A stretch of DNA of 64,000 nt from Terriglobia bacterium (GTDB lineage Bacteria > Acidobacteriota > Polarisedimenticolia > Polarisedimenticolales > CAVOVZ01), in contig CAVOVZ010000028.1 in assembly GCA_963699985.1 (NCBI GenBank), positions 32,013 through 96,012 on the forward strand, in the 5' to 3' direction. Below, piece after piece: positions 51,641 to 59,448 of this stretch. Below the pieces are notes generated by a model. It had not been told where the DNA came from. It saw only the letters and a program-made list of their open reading frames with translations, and did no database searches. Numbering within the stretch: the stretch's first letter is position 1; each line of letters opens with the position of its first letter. The position numbers and the translations under genes were made by a program.

Positions 51641-52464
51641 GCCGCGGTCTCTCGAGATCGGCCGCTCAAGGGCGAGAGCGAGATCTCGACGCGCCGCACT
51701 CCCGTCCCGATGCGGGACGGGCCACCCGTGGAGGAAAGGCGGACGACCCGGTTGAGCCCCACGTAGACGCCCTTGTCCTTCTTCATCGCGCTCTCCGCTC
51801 CCGGTGAGCCCGGCAGCGGCGCGAACGAGTAAAGGACGCCGATGTTGGGCGTCTGGAGCCTGAAGCGGAGCGGGCGACGACCCGCGAGGCCTCCAGGCAT
51901 GTCGAATTCGATGACCTGGTCGCAGATCTCCACGTCCGCGTACCGGTCTCCCAGCGACGGCAGGGTCCATTCGAGGATCGGGTCCACCCCCCGAGCCCCC
52001 TGGTTGCGGGAGGCGGTGAACACCGACAGGAGGCCCTGGTGGATCTGCAACTCGGCCTCGTGGAACGTGGTCCCCGCATCCCCTCCCCAGCCGTTGTTCG
52101 TGGGAGAATCCCCGATGTCGACCGACCAATCGCGAACGGGGTCCTCGAAATGGATACGCAGCTTGGCGCAGCCGCACTCCCTCGCGGGATCGAGGGCGAT
52201 CTCGACGACCGTCTCCCACCAGCCGTCCTTGTTCGAGTCGACGAACCGGTCGGCGGGCAGGAGCCTCAGGTACCTCGACCACGGCTCCGACGTGCACGCC
52301 ACGGAAGCGACGGGCGCCTTGGGCCCGTGAAGCTCGAGAACGCAGGCTTCCTTGCCGACGACGGCGCAGGAGCCGGCGAACGAACCCGACGCGGCGCAGA
52401 CCGACAGGAGCAGCGCGATCCCCGAGCAGCCTGGAGCCGAAACGAGTCGACTGTTCTTCCTCAC
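51583..52464 (-). CDS. Putative lipoprotein, no domain recognised
   Basis: GTG start VRKNSRLVSAPGCSGIALLLSVCAASGSFAGSCAV is lipobox-like. The remainder has a non-Arg-rich, Trp/Asp-rich composition (DKDGWWETVVEIALDP..NNGWGGDAGTTFHEAELQIH). The 3' end overlaps the convergent kinase gene by ~57 nt, so the exact C-terminus is uncertain. Confidence 0.5.
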   Translation of the reverse strand: MRKNSRLVSAPGCSGIALLLSVCAASGSFAGSCAVVGKEACVLELHGPKAPVASVACTSEPWSRYLRLLPADRFVDSNKDGWWETVVEIALDPARECGCAKLRIHFEDPVRDWSVDIGDSPTNNGWGGDAGTTFHEAELQIHQGLLSVFTASRNQGARGVDPILEWTLPSLGDRYADVEICDQVIEFDMPGGLAGRRPLRFRLQTPNIGVLYSFAPLPGSPGAESAMKKDKGVYVGLNRVVRLSSTGGPSRIGTGVRRVEISLSPLSGRSRETAAHCGRSAIQISSFDAVRLA

Positions 52465-53036
52465 CCCTGAATACCCCGCGCCTTTCAACGTCGGAGAGAT
52501 CGACCCATGTCTCCTCGGCCGGACCTCGCTCGAGGGTTCGACGGGCCGAAGAATATCTCGAAACCCATCACGCGGGGTGTCATCCGCCGACCGGGCCTGC
52601 CTCGTGCAGAAGCGAATCGCCCGATCCTCGAAGGCCTCGGCCGGCCCTCCCGTACACCGCCGATTGCGGCTCCGTCGACCTGCCCCATCAGACGTGGGTG
52701 AGTATCCCCAACATCTCGACGCGTGCCTCTTTCGCCCAGCCCGGGGAGCATGATCTCCGCGCGGGTCCGCATCCCGGACCATCGGCTTGCTGAGCATGGC
52801 CTCCGGGTTCACCCGGTCGGACGGGATCACTCGAGATCAACAGGGCCAGAGACGCCGTTCGCATCGTCCGCTGAGGCATTCACGGCCAGCACCGGCACGA
52901 TCGCCGGTAGGATCGCGGCAACCCGATCGAGCATCTCCCGGACCTCTCGATGGATCTCCGGCTCGAGACTCTTCGCGGCCAGCATGGACAGATCACCCTC
53001 TGGGATCGGTCGCGGGGAGCCGTGCGGGGGACACGC

Positions 53037-54035
53037 TCACCGCGCCGCCTTCGGCGCGCGACGGCGCGCAAGGACCCAGCCCATCCCGCAGGCGATCGTC
53101 GCCGCGGCAGAGCCCACGAGGGCCAGCAGCCGCCACCGTAGCCGCTCCAGCGCGGTGCGCTGCGGCGCGCCGTCGGGGTCGGGGAAAACGCGCAGGCGCG
53201 GGTGCACCCCGGCCGCAACGGCGCCGAGCTGCTCGGCCGCACGGTGCACTCCCGCCAGCACCCGCACCACGTTGGAGCGATCGTACTCGACGACGTTGGT
53301 GCCCCACCACAGATACCACTGCGGCAGGCCGGCGCGGTAGTACTCGTAGGCCTCGAAAGCGTGCGCGAAACCTCGCGGCGCGGAGGGCGCGATGGGCACC
53401 AGGCGAAGCGCGGAGGTGTCGCTCAGGAGCTTCTCGCGGAACTCCATCGCCGAGAGCGGCCTGCCCGACGCATCCACGACGTGGAAGTTGTTGTGCAGGT
53501 CGAGCATGGCCCAGCGCTGGTGCTGGCCGTCCCACACATCGTGAAAGATGTGGCCGCGGCCTCCGAAGCCATCGACGGAGAACGCCCAGGTCCGCGAGAA
53601 GAGACCCACCGCATTCGCGAGGCCGGTGAAGACGTCGGCCAGATCGCCGCAGTGGCCTTCACCACGCTCGACGATGCGGTGGTAGGTATCGGCGAGATTG
53701 GACTGGATCGGTTGTCCCGAGTTCTTGCTTCCGCTCAGCAGGTGGCCCGCGATGGCGAGCGCCGTGGCCCAGTCGTCACCGGCGATACGCAGCGATTGCC
53801 GCTGCGCGACCTCGACGAACAGCGGAAGCGGCGCGCCGCGGTCGAGCGCGAAGTCGGCCGGCACGCCGGCGGGCGTCCACGCATGAAACGCCGGCCGCGG
53901 GTGAAGCAGTAGCGCGTTGCGCAGGCGCACGATCTCGGAAGAGGATCGCAGGTACGGCATCAGGGTCAACGCCTGCACGGCGGCCAGGGCGGCGGAGGCG
54001 AGCAAACCCGACCTCCACATTCTGGACGATCTCAT
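53037..54035 (-). CDS. Transglutaminase-like (Cys-His-Asp) membrane protein
   Basis: N-terminal TM MRSSRMWRSGLLASAALAAVQALTL. Core GEGHCGDLADVFTGLANAVGL..GRGHIFHDVWDGQHQRWAMLD. C-terminal TM LLALVGSAAATIACGMGWVL. Confidence 0.7.
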   Translation of the reverse strand: MRSSRMWRSGLLASAALAAVQALTLMPYLRSSSEIVRLRNALLLHPRPAFHAWTPAGVPADFALDRGAPLPLFVEVAQRQSLRIAGDDWATALAIAGHLLSGSKNSGQPIQSNLADTYHRIVERGEGHCGDLADVFTGLANAVGLFSRTWAFSVDGFGGRGHIFHDVWDGQHQRWAMLDLHNNFHVVDASGRPLSAMEFREKLLSDTSALRLVPIAPSAPRGFAHAFEAYEYYRAGLPQWYLWWGTNVVEYDRSNVVRVLAGVHRAAEQLGAVAAGVHPRLRVFPDPDGAPQRTALERLRWRLLALVGSAAATIACGMGWVLARRRAPKAAR

Positions 54036-54138
54036 GCCGCTCCCCCACCGGGCAAGTCGAGGCTTCTCGGCGTTCAGCGACAGCGGGACGGTCCCGTCCG
54101 CCACGACGTCTCGCAGGTCGAGGCCCTCGGCGTGCTTC

Positions 54139-55098
54139 TCAAGCCTTCGGCTCTTCCGCCCGACGCGGAGCAAGGGCCTCGAAAACGCGCGACCGAAGCG
54201 TCACTCCGGCCGCTTCCTCGGCGAGGCGGACGACGGCGTAGGACGAGAGCCCCCCCCACCCCCTGGCGGCGGCCTCTTCGTAGCTGCGCAGCAGAGCGTC
54301 GAATCCCGTGAGGTGGACTCCGCCCTCGACGGCGAGCTCCGCGGCCAGCCTCAGGTCCTTGATCGCGAGATCGAGGCGGAGCCCTGGACGCCAGTCTCCC
54401 CGGAATGCGGAAGCGGGAAGAAGCTCGTCGAGGAGGCGGTTCTGAGCCGTCCCATCGTGGAGCGCGGCCCTCAGGAGATCGATCGAGGCGCCGGCTTTCA
54501 CCCCGGCCGCGAGCGCCTCCCCCAGGATCAGGACGAGCGCGTGGGCGACCACGTTGTTCACGAGCTTGGTAACCTGACCCTGGCCGATCCCGCCGCAGTA
54601 CCGGACGTGGTCGGCGAGCGTCTCGAGGAGTGGTCGGGCGCGGTCGAAGTCGTCGGCGTCGGCGCCGGCCCACAGGGACAGCGCGGCGCCTTCGGGGCCA
54701 CTGGCGGCACGCGAGATCGGGCAGTCGAGATAGCGAATCCCCGCCTCGGCCGCGCGCGCGGAGACCCGGCGAACGCCGGCAACCCCGATGGTCGATGTCT
54801 CGATCTGGAGGGTTCCACGGGAAGCCGCGGACCACGCCCCCCCCTCACCGGCAAGCGCGGCTTCGACCTCGGCCGGCCCCGGGAGGGCCGATACGATCGC
54901 GTGTACATCGCGGCCCAGCTCGGAGAGAGACCCGCACCAGCCTGCCCCGGCTTCGATCAGCGGGCCCGCCTTCGCTGCGGTCCGATCGTGGACCTCGAGC
55001 GGATATCCGGCCCGGAGCAGGCGGCTGCCCAGCGCGCGCCCCACCGTGCCGCACCCGAGCAGCGCGACACGAGGCTTTTTCCGCGTCTGGTCTGCCAC
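54139..55098 (-). CDS. NAD(P)-dependent oxidoreductase of the 3-hydroxyisobutyrate/6-phosphogluconate dehydrogenase-like family
   Basis: Rossmann motif RVALLGCGTVGRALGSRLLRAGYPLEVHDR. The C-terminal domain ..GIGQGQVTKLVNNVVAHALVLILGEALAAGVKAG.. is typical of the NAD_binding_2/11 family. The GTG start at 55098 is tentative. Confidence 0.8.
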   Translation of the reverse strand: MADQTRKKPRVALLGCGTVGRALGSRLLRAGYPLEVHDRTAAKAGPLIEAGAGWCGSLSELGRDVHAIVSALPGPAEVEAALAGEGGAWSAASRGTLQIETSTIGVAGVRRVSARAAEAGIRYLDCPISRAASGPEGAALSLWAGADADDFDRARPLLETLADHVRYCGGIGQGQVTKLVNNVVAHALVLILGEALAAGVKAGASIDLLRAALHDGTAQNRLLDELLPASAFRGDWRPGLRLDLAIKDLRLAAELAVEGGVHLTGFDALLRSYEEAAARGWGGLSSYAVVRLAEEAAGVTLRSRVFEALAPRRAEEPKA

Positions 55099-55106
55099 TC
55101 CGCGGG

Positions 55107-55247
55107 TCAGCTCTGGATCGGTCCAGCGCTGCAGGTGGCGTCGTCCCCCATGCTGCAGACGACGCCTCTCGTCTCGATCTTCTCCGTGTGGACGATCTTC
55201 GGCGGGTTGTATTCCTTCCGCTCGCCGCCAGCCTCGCGATCGTTCAT
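55107..55247 (-). CDS. 46-aa Cys-containing peptide with lasso-peptide-like leader/core features (candidate RiPP precursor)
   Basis: GGAGGT lies 6 nt upstream of the ATG. GC-rich third codon positions. The sequence is MNDREAGGERKEYNPPKIVHTEKIETR|GVVCSMGDDATCSAGPIQS. It shows Y-x-x-P-x-I in the leader, Thr at -2, Gly1, Asp8/Asp9 and two Cys. The stop lies 8 nt before the downstream oxidoreductase start. Confidence 0.45.
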   Translation of the reverse strand: MNDREAGGERKEYNPPKIVHTEKIETRGVVCSMGDDATCSAGPIQS

Positions 55248-55368
55248 CGGCCACCTCCGGCCCGGCACCGTTCCACCGAGGTTCTCGGTGAACGTACCGC
55301 GAATCGGCCGATGGGGGAAGCAGGAATCGTGAAACCTCCCGTGGACGGGATCGGGATTCGGTTGCTGG

Positions 55369-55612
55369 AGTGAAAATACCGGGGGCCAGCCCTTGGACCC
55401 CCGCACCCGCGGGCGGTGCAGTCCGGCAGACCGGCCTGCACCTCCCGCGGGTTTTCGTCGCTTTCGGGTGACGCCACGAGCTTCATGGGGAACTGGCACG
55501 CAAATCCGGGGGCTCCGCCCCCGCGCCCCCGACTCCCGCGGGAAATGCACGCCGGCAGACCGGCATGCATTTCCCACGGGATGTTTTCATGGTTTCAGAG
55601 TGAGCCCCCGGG
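55369..55612 (+). repeat. Repeat family B: two tandem ~120-bp palindromic elements
   Basis: Unit 1 core is cccgcgggcggtgcagtccgg-caga-ccggcctgcacctcccgcggg. Unit 2 core is cccgcgggaaatgcacgccgg-caga-ccggcatgcatttcccacggg. Both are long imperfect hairpins. Unit 1 is the reverse complement of 59257..59379. Confidence 0.8.
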
Positions 55613-55702
55613 GCGTCATGACGACTGTCCCCGAGATTTTGCGGAGCGCCGCCATGCCGTATCATCCGGCTGGCGTTGTACGAACGTCTGCTGAGGGACT
55701 CC

Positions 55703-56509
55703 ATGCCGGCGAAGCGCCCGAAGGAGAGCCGCTCCCGCTCCCGTCGGAAGAAGAAGGGTCGGCTCGCGCGACGTCTCCTCTTCGTCGCGGGCTTCGCCGT
55801 TCTCCTCTGGATCGGCTGGGAGGCGTGGACGTGGCCCGATGTCGGAGCCCTGGCCCGGCGCAACCCGGAGACGACGGCGTTCATCGAGAGCTGGCGTGCG
55901 GCGCAACGCGCGGAAGGGAAGGACGATCGCGTCGCGTGGAGCTGGGTCCCCTACACGGCGATCTCGCCGAATCTCGAGCGCGCGGTCGTCGTCGCCGAGG
56001 ACATCGGCTTCTTCTCCCACCGGGGCTTCGACGTCAGCGAGATGAGGAAGGCCATCGAGGACGCCATCGAGGACCGGGAGATCCCGCGCGGCGCTTCGAC
56101 CATCACGCAGCAGCTCGCGAAGAACCTGTGGCTGTCCCCCTCGCGCAATCCGTTGAGGAAAGTGAAGGAAGCGATCCTCACCTGGCAGCTCGAGCGCCGC
56201 CTCGGCAAGCAGAGGATCCTCGAGATCTACCTCAACGTCGTGGAGCTCGGGCCCGGGATCTACGGCGTCGGCGCCGCATCACGGCGCTACTTCGGCAAGC
56301 CTGCCGCCGATGTCGGCGAGGACGAGGCTGCATCGATCGCGGCGAGCCTCCCCCGCCCCGCATCGTGGCATCCGGGCGCGACCAGCCGCGGCTACCTCCG
56401 GCACGTGGAGCGGATCCGCCGCCGCATGGAGCGCGCGAGGCTTCCGGAAATCGAGCGAGGCGTCGGCGATGGGAAGCCCCGCGCGGTCACTCCGCCGGCT
56501 GGAGCGTGA
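55703..56509 (+). CDS. mtgA: Monofunctional biosynthetic peptidoglycan transglycosylase (GT51)
   Basis: N-terminal TM LLFVAGFAVLLWIGW. GT51 motifs AVVVAEDIGFFSHRGFD, GASTITQQLAKNLWLS, RKVKEAILTWQLERRL.KQRILEIYLNVVELGPGIYG. Confidence 0.85.
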   Translation: MPAKRPKESRSRSRRKKKGRLARRLLFVAGFAVLLWIGWEAWTWPDVGALARRNPETTAFIESWRAAQRAEGKDDRVAWSWVPYTAISPNLERAVVVAEDIGFFSHRGFDVSEMRKAIEDAIEDREIPRGASTITQQLAKNLWLSPSRNPLRKVKEAILTWQLERRLGKQRILEIYLNVVELGPGIYGVGAASRRYFGKPAADVGEDEAASIAASLPRPASWHPGATSRGYLRHVERIRRRMERARLPEIERGVGDGKPRAVTPPAGA

Positions 56510-57563
56510 TCCGCGGAGGGCTCGACGCGATGCCCACGACGAGCCGGCGAGCCGGCGCCGATCCGTCCTTCGTCACGGGCAGAGAGATCTCGCGCTTCAG
56601 TCCGTCCCCGTCCCGGTCCTCGAGAATCAGCAGCTCGACCGGCGGGCGCGAAGCGCGTTCCCCGATCCGGTCGCCGGCGAACGTCGCCCGATCGTCTCCG
56701 GGCCGGCACGCGAATCTTGGAAGCCACGGCGTCACGCCCGCGGCTTCGTAGAACGGATCGAGTTCTCGCTGGTCCTCGATTTTCGTCTCCCCGGCGAGCA
56801 CGAGGAGAACACGTCCTGTGTCCGAGTGTCCGCGGGCGATCGCCGCAGGGGACTCACACGGCGACGGCTCGAAGCGGGCGTTGCGGAGCACGAGAGCGAG
56901 CGTGTGGCGCTTTCCGTCGCCCAGGTCGACGGTCCTGGCCTCGCGGATCAACGAGCCCTCCGGAAGAAACGCCGCGAGTCCCTTCGCTCCGGAACCCGCG
57001 ACCGGAGTCTCGTACACGTACAGAACCTCCGTCTTCTTCGAGAACTCCTGGATGACCAGGTTGCGCTCCCGCTCTCGCGGCGGCTTTCGACCCGTGGCCG
57101 CGCGCACCGCGCTTTCGAGAGAATCCGAGTCCCAGTCCCGCCGGGTGGCGGCGAATACCGGATCGGGATCCTCGATGCGCCCCACCGGATCCAGCCGGAT
57201 CCGCAGCACCAAGTCGTGGGTCGCCGATGCGTCCTGCACCACGAGCCACGCCGCCGGCCACGCCTGCGCGTCGCCGATCGTCTCGAGGCAGCGGGTGATT
57301 CGCTCGGGCGTCAAGAGCGCCGCGCGCGCGCCGGCCACCGAGGAGACGAGCGGAGCCTCGTCGCCGTCGGGCAGCTTCACGCTCCGGCCGTCGAGCCGCT
57401 TCGCGAGGTCCCGAGCCATCTCGGCGAGCCGCTCGCGTGAGGGCGCCGCGCCACGGTTCGCCGCGGACTCGCTCGCCATCGGCTCCGTTGCAGCCGCGAC
57501 GATGGTCGCAGCGAAGGCGACCGCGAGCGCCGCCGCGGACCCGAGTTGCACGACTCGCTTCAT
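56487..57563 (-). CDS. Secreted hypothetical protein
   Basis: Signal peptide MKRVVQLGSAAALAVAFAATIVAAA. Uninterrupted ORF with ordinary composition. No domain recognised. Confidence 0.55.
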   Translation of the reverse strand: MKRVVQLGSAAALAVAFAATIVAAATEPMASESAANRGAAPSRERLAEMARDLAKRLDGRSVKLPDGDEAPLVSSVAGARAALLTPERITRCLETIGDAQAWPAAWLVVQDASATHDLVLRIRLDPVGRIEDPDPVFAATRRDWDSDSLESAVRAATGRKPPRERERNLVIQEFSKKTEVLYVYETPVAGSGAKGLAAFLPEGSLIREARTVDLGDGKRHTLALVLRNARFEPSPCESPAAIARGHSDTGRVLLVLAGETKIEDQRELDPFYEAAGVTPWLPRFACRPGDDRATFAGDRIGERASRPPVELLILEDRDGDGLKREISLPVTKDGSAPARRLVVGIASSPPRITLQPAE

Positions 57564-57753
57564 GCGTGGTCCTCTCCGGAAGTTCCTTCCGCGAATCCCG
57601 ACGGTACACCGGCTGTTTCTCCTCGACAACTCCGCACCCTCGGGAGGCACAACCCGTTCGCCGAGGCGCCGTTGATTCCGCGCACACCCGGGCCGTACAG
57701 TGCGCTCCGCTCCGGCCGCGATGCCAGCGAGCCGCTCCTCCCGGAAGGACGTG

Positions 57754-59262
57754 ATGAACGCAACCGGTTCGACGCCGCTGCTCGACGATCGCTTCCTCTT
57801 CCTCGAGACGCTGGGCCGCGGCGGGATGGGAAGCGTCTATCGCGCCTTCGACCGCGCGGAGCAGAGAATCGTCGCTCTCAAGGTTCCCGAAGACAGCGGA
57901 CCCGCGGGTGGGGAGCACCCGATGGCCGCCGAGTTCGACGCGTGGCGTCGCGTGCGGCATCCGAACATCGTGCGTCTCTACGAGATGGGACACGCGCGCC
58001 GCGGTCCCCTTCCGGCCGGAACCCCGTATCTGATCCTCGAGAGCTTCCCCGGCCGTCCCGCCCACCGCGCGTTCTCGCCAGGCGGGTTGGACCCGGAGCG
58101 GCTCGAGTCGCTCGCGCGGGACGTCCTGCTCGCCCTCCGCCACGTGCACGAAGCCGGGCTCGTGCACCGCGACCTCAAGCCGGGGAACATCCTCGTGGCC
58201 ACGTCGCGGCGACGGGCCTCGCGAGTCAAGCTCACCGACTTCGGACTCGCGGTGCAGGCGGGACGCACGGGCGAGCCCGGGAAGATCAGCGGGTCGATCC
58301 CGTACCTCTCTCCCGAATCGCTCCTCGGCCTTCCTCTCGACGGGAGATCGGATCTGTACGGGCTCGGCATCGCCCTTTTCTTCCTCGCGGCGGGTCGCAT
58401 GCCGGTCGAGTCCCGCGAGCCCGCGGAGGTGCTGCTGTGGCACCTCGACGGTCCCGCTCCGGAGCCCCGCGAGGCTCTTCCCCTCGTGCCCGAGCGGCTC
58501 GCGCGCTTCGTGCTTCGTCTCATGTCCCGAAGACCCTGCGATCGCCCCGACTCGGCCCACGACGCGCTCCGCTCGCTGGGGGTCGCCCAGGCGGCCCGGA
58601 CGCGGACCTTCCCTGCGGGAGTCGATCGGGGCGATATCGCCGCCCTCCGACTCGCCGTCGATGCGGCAAGACGCGGCGAGCGGCGCGTCCTGCGCCTTCC
58701 CGCCGGGCGTACGGCGTCGGCTGCGCTCGTTCGCGAGGCGCGCGCGATGGCGCAGATGCGCGGCCTCCGATTCCTACCCCTGCGGGGGCGTCCGGGTACG
58801 CCGACGTCGAACCTCGGGGCGCTCGTGCTGCGCCTCCTCCTCGATCACGGCGACCGCGCTGGCGTCGCATTCGAGCGCTACGCGATTCCGGGCCTGTTCC
58901 CGCTCTCACTCGTGGGCGGCCATCCCGTGTGGGACGCCGTGGGCAGAACCCGTGCCGAGAGCTCGCCCGAGCTGCCACGGCCGGCTCCCCATCGTGTGGC
59001 GGGACTCTTCCTCGAAGCAGCCTCCGAGCAGCCGATCGTGCTACACCTCGTCCGCTCGGCTCGCGCCGACCCTCTCGCCTGCGCGGTCGCCAGAGTGCTG
59101 ACGGAATCCTGCGGGCGCGAGGTGCGGGGGTTTCCGCGCGCCGGCGGAATGCTCGTCGTGGTCGAAGACGCGGCCGGCACTCCCGCCATGGGGAACGCGG
59201 CAAACGCTCGGCGCCGCGTCGACAGCTCCCGCGATGGAGATCTTCCTATCCGTTCTCCATGA
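57754..59262 (+). CDS. Ser/Thr protein kinase with the beginning of a C-terminal ATPase/regulatory region, probably 3'-truncated by repeat element B
   Basis: GGAAGGA precedes the ATG. Kinase motifs LGRGGMGSVYRAFD, RIVALKV, LVHRDLKPGNILV, LTDFGLA, IPYLSPE. The TGA stop (59260-59262) lies inside the first bases of repeat 59257..59379. Confidence 0.8.
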   Translation: MNATGSTPLLDDRFLFLETLGRGGMGSVYRAFDRAEQRIVALKVPEDSGPAGGEHPMAAEFDAWRRVRHPNIVRLYEMGHARRGPLPAGTPYLILESFPGRPAHRAFSPGGLDPERLESLARDVLLALRHVHEAGLVHRDLKPGNILVATSRRRASRVKLTDFGLAVQAGRTGEPGKISGSIPYLSPESLLGLPLDGRSDLYGLGIALFFLAAGRMPVESREPAEVLLWHLDGPAPEPREALPLVPERLARFVLRLMSRRPCDRPDSAHDALRSLGVAQAARTRTFPAGVDRGDIAALRLAVDAARRGERRVLRLPAGRTASAALVREARAMAQMRGLRFLPLRGRPGTPTSNLGALVLRLLLDHGDRAGVAFERYAIPGLFPLSLVGGHPVWDAVGRTRAESSPELPRPAPHRVAGLFLEAASEQPIVLHLVRSARADPLACAVARVLTESCGREVRGFPRAGGMLVVVEDAAGTPAMGNAANARRRVDSSRDGDLPIRSP

Positions 59263-59379
59263 AGCTCGGGGCTTCACCCGAAAGCGATGAAAAACCCGCG
59301 GGAGGTGCAGGCCGGTCTGCCGGACTGCACCGTACGCGGGTGCGGGGGTCCGGGGGCTGGCCCCCGGTATTTTCACTCC
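59257..59379 (-). repeat. Repeat family B, inverted copy
   Basis: ccatgaagctcggggcttcacccgaaagcgatgaaaaacccgcgggaggtgcaggccggtctgccggactgcaccgtacgcgggtgcgggggtccgggggctggcccccggtattttcac is the reverse complement of 55369..55492 with few mismatches. It ends in ccgggggc-tg-gcccccgg followed by tatttt, which is terminator-like on the plus strand. Confidence 0.8.
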
Positions 59380-59448
59380 AGAACAGGCCGGACTCGCTCC
59401 CGCCCCGGGGGCATGACCGGAGCCGTTCCCGACCGCGGCGCGCGGCTC

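Noticed and set aside
52827-52985. 52-aa minus-strand ORF MLAAKSLEPEIHREVREMLDRVAAILPAIVPVLAVNASADDANGVSGPVDLE between the transglutaminase-like and lipoprotein genes
   Set aside because: The composition is plausible, but the SD is weak, there is no motif, and conservation cannot be assessed here. Support is too weak to annotate.
53037-54035. Calling the transglutaminase-like protein a lasso-peptide B (leader peptidase) protein
   Set aside because: It is ~330 aa with predicted TM helices at both ends, unlike known soluble B proteins, and no cyclase or RRE accompanies it. It is kept as a generic transglutaminase-like membrane protein; the link to the peptide is reported only as a hypothesis.
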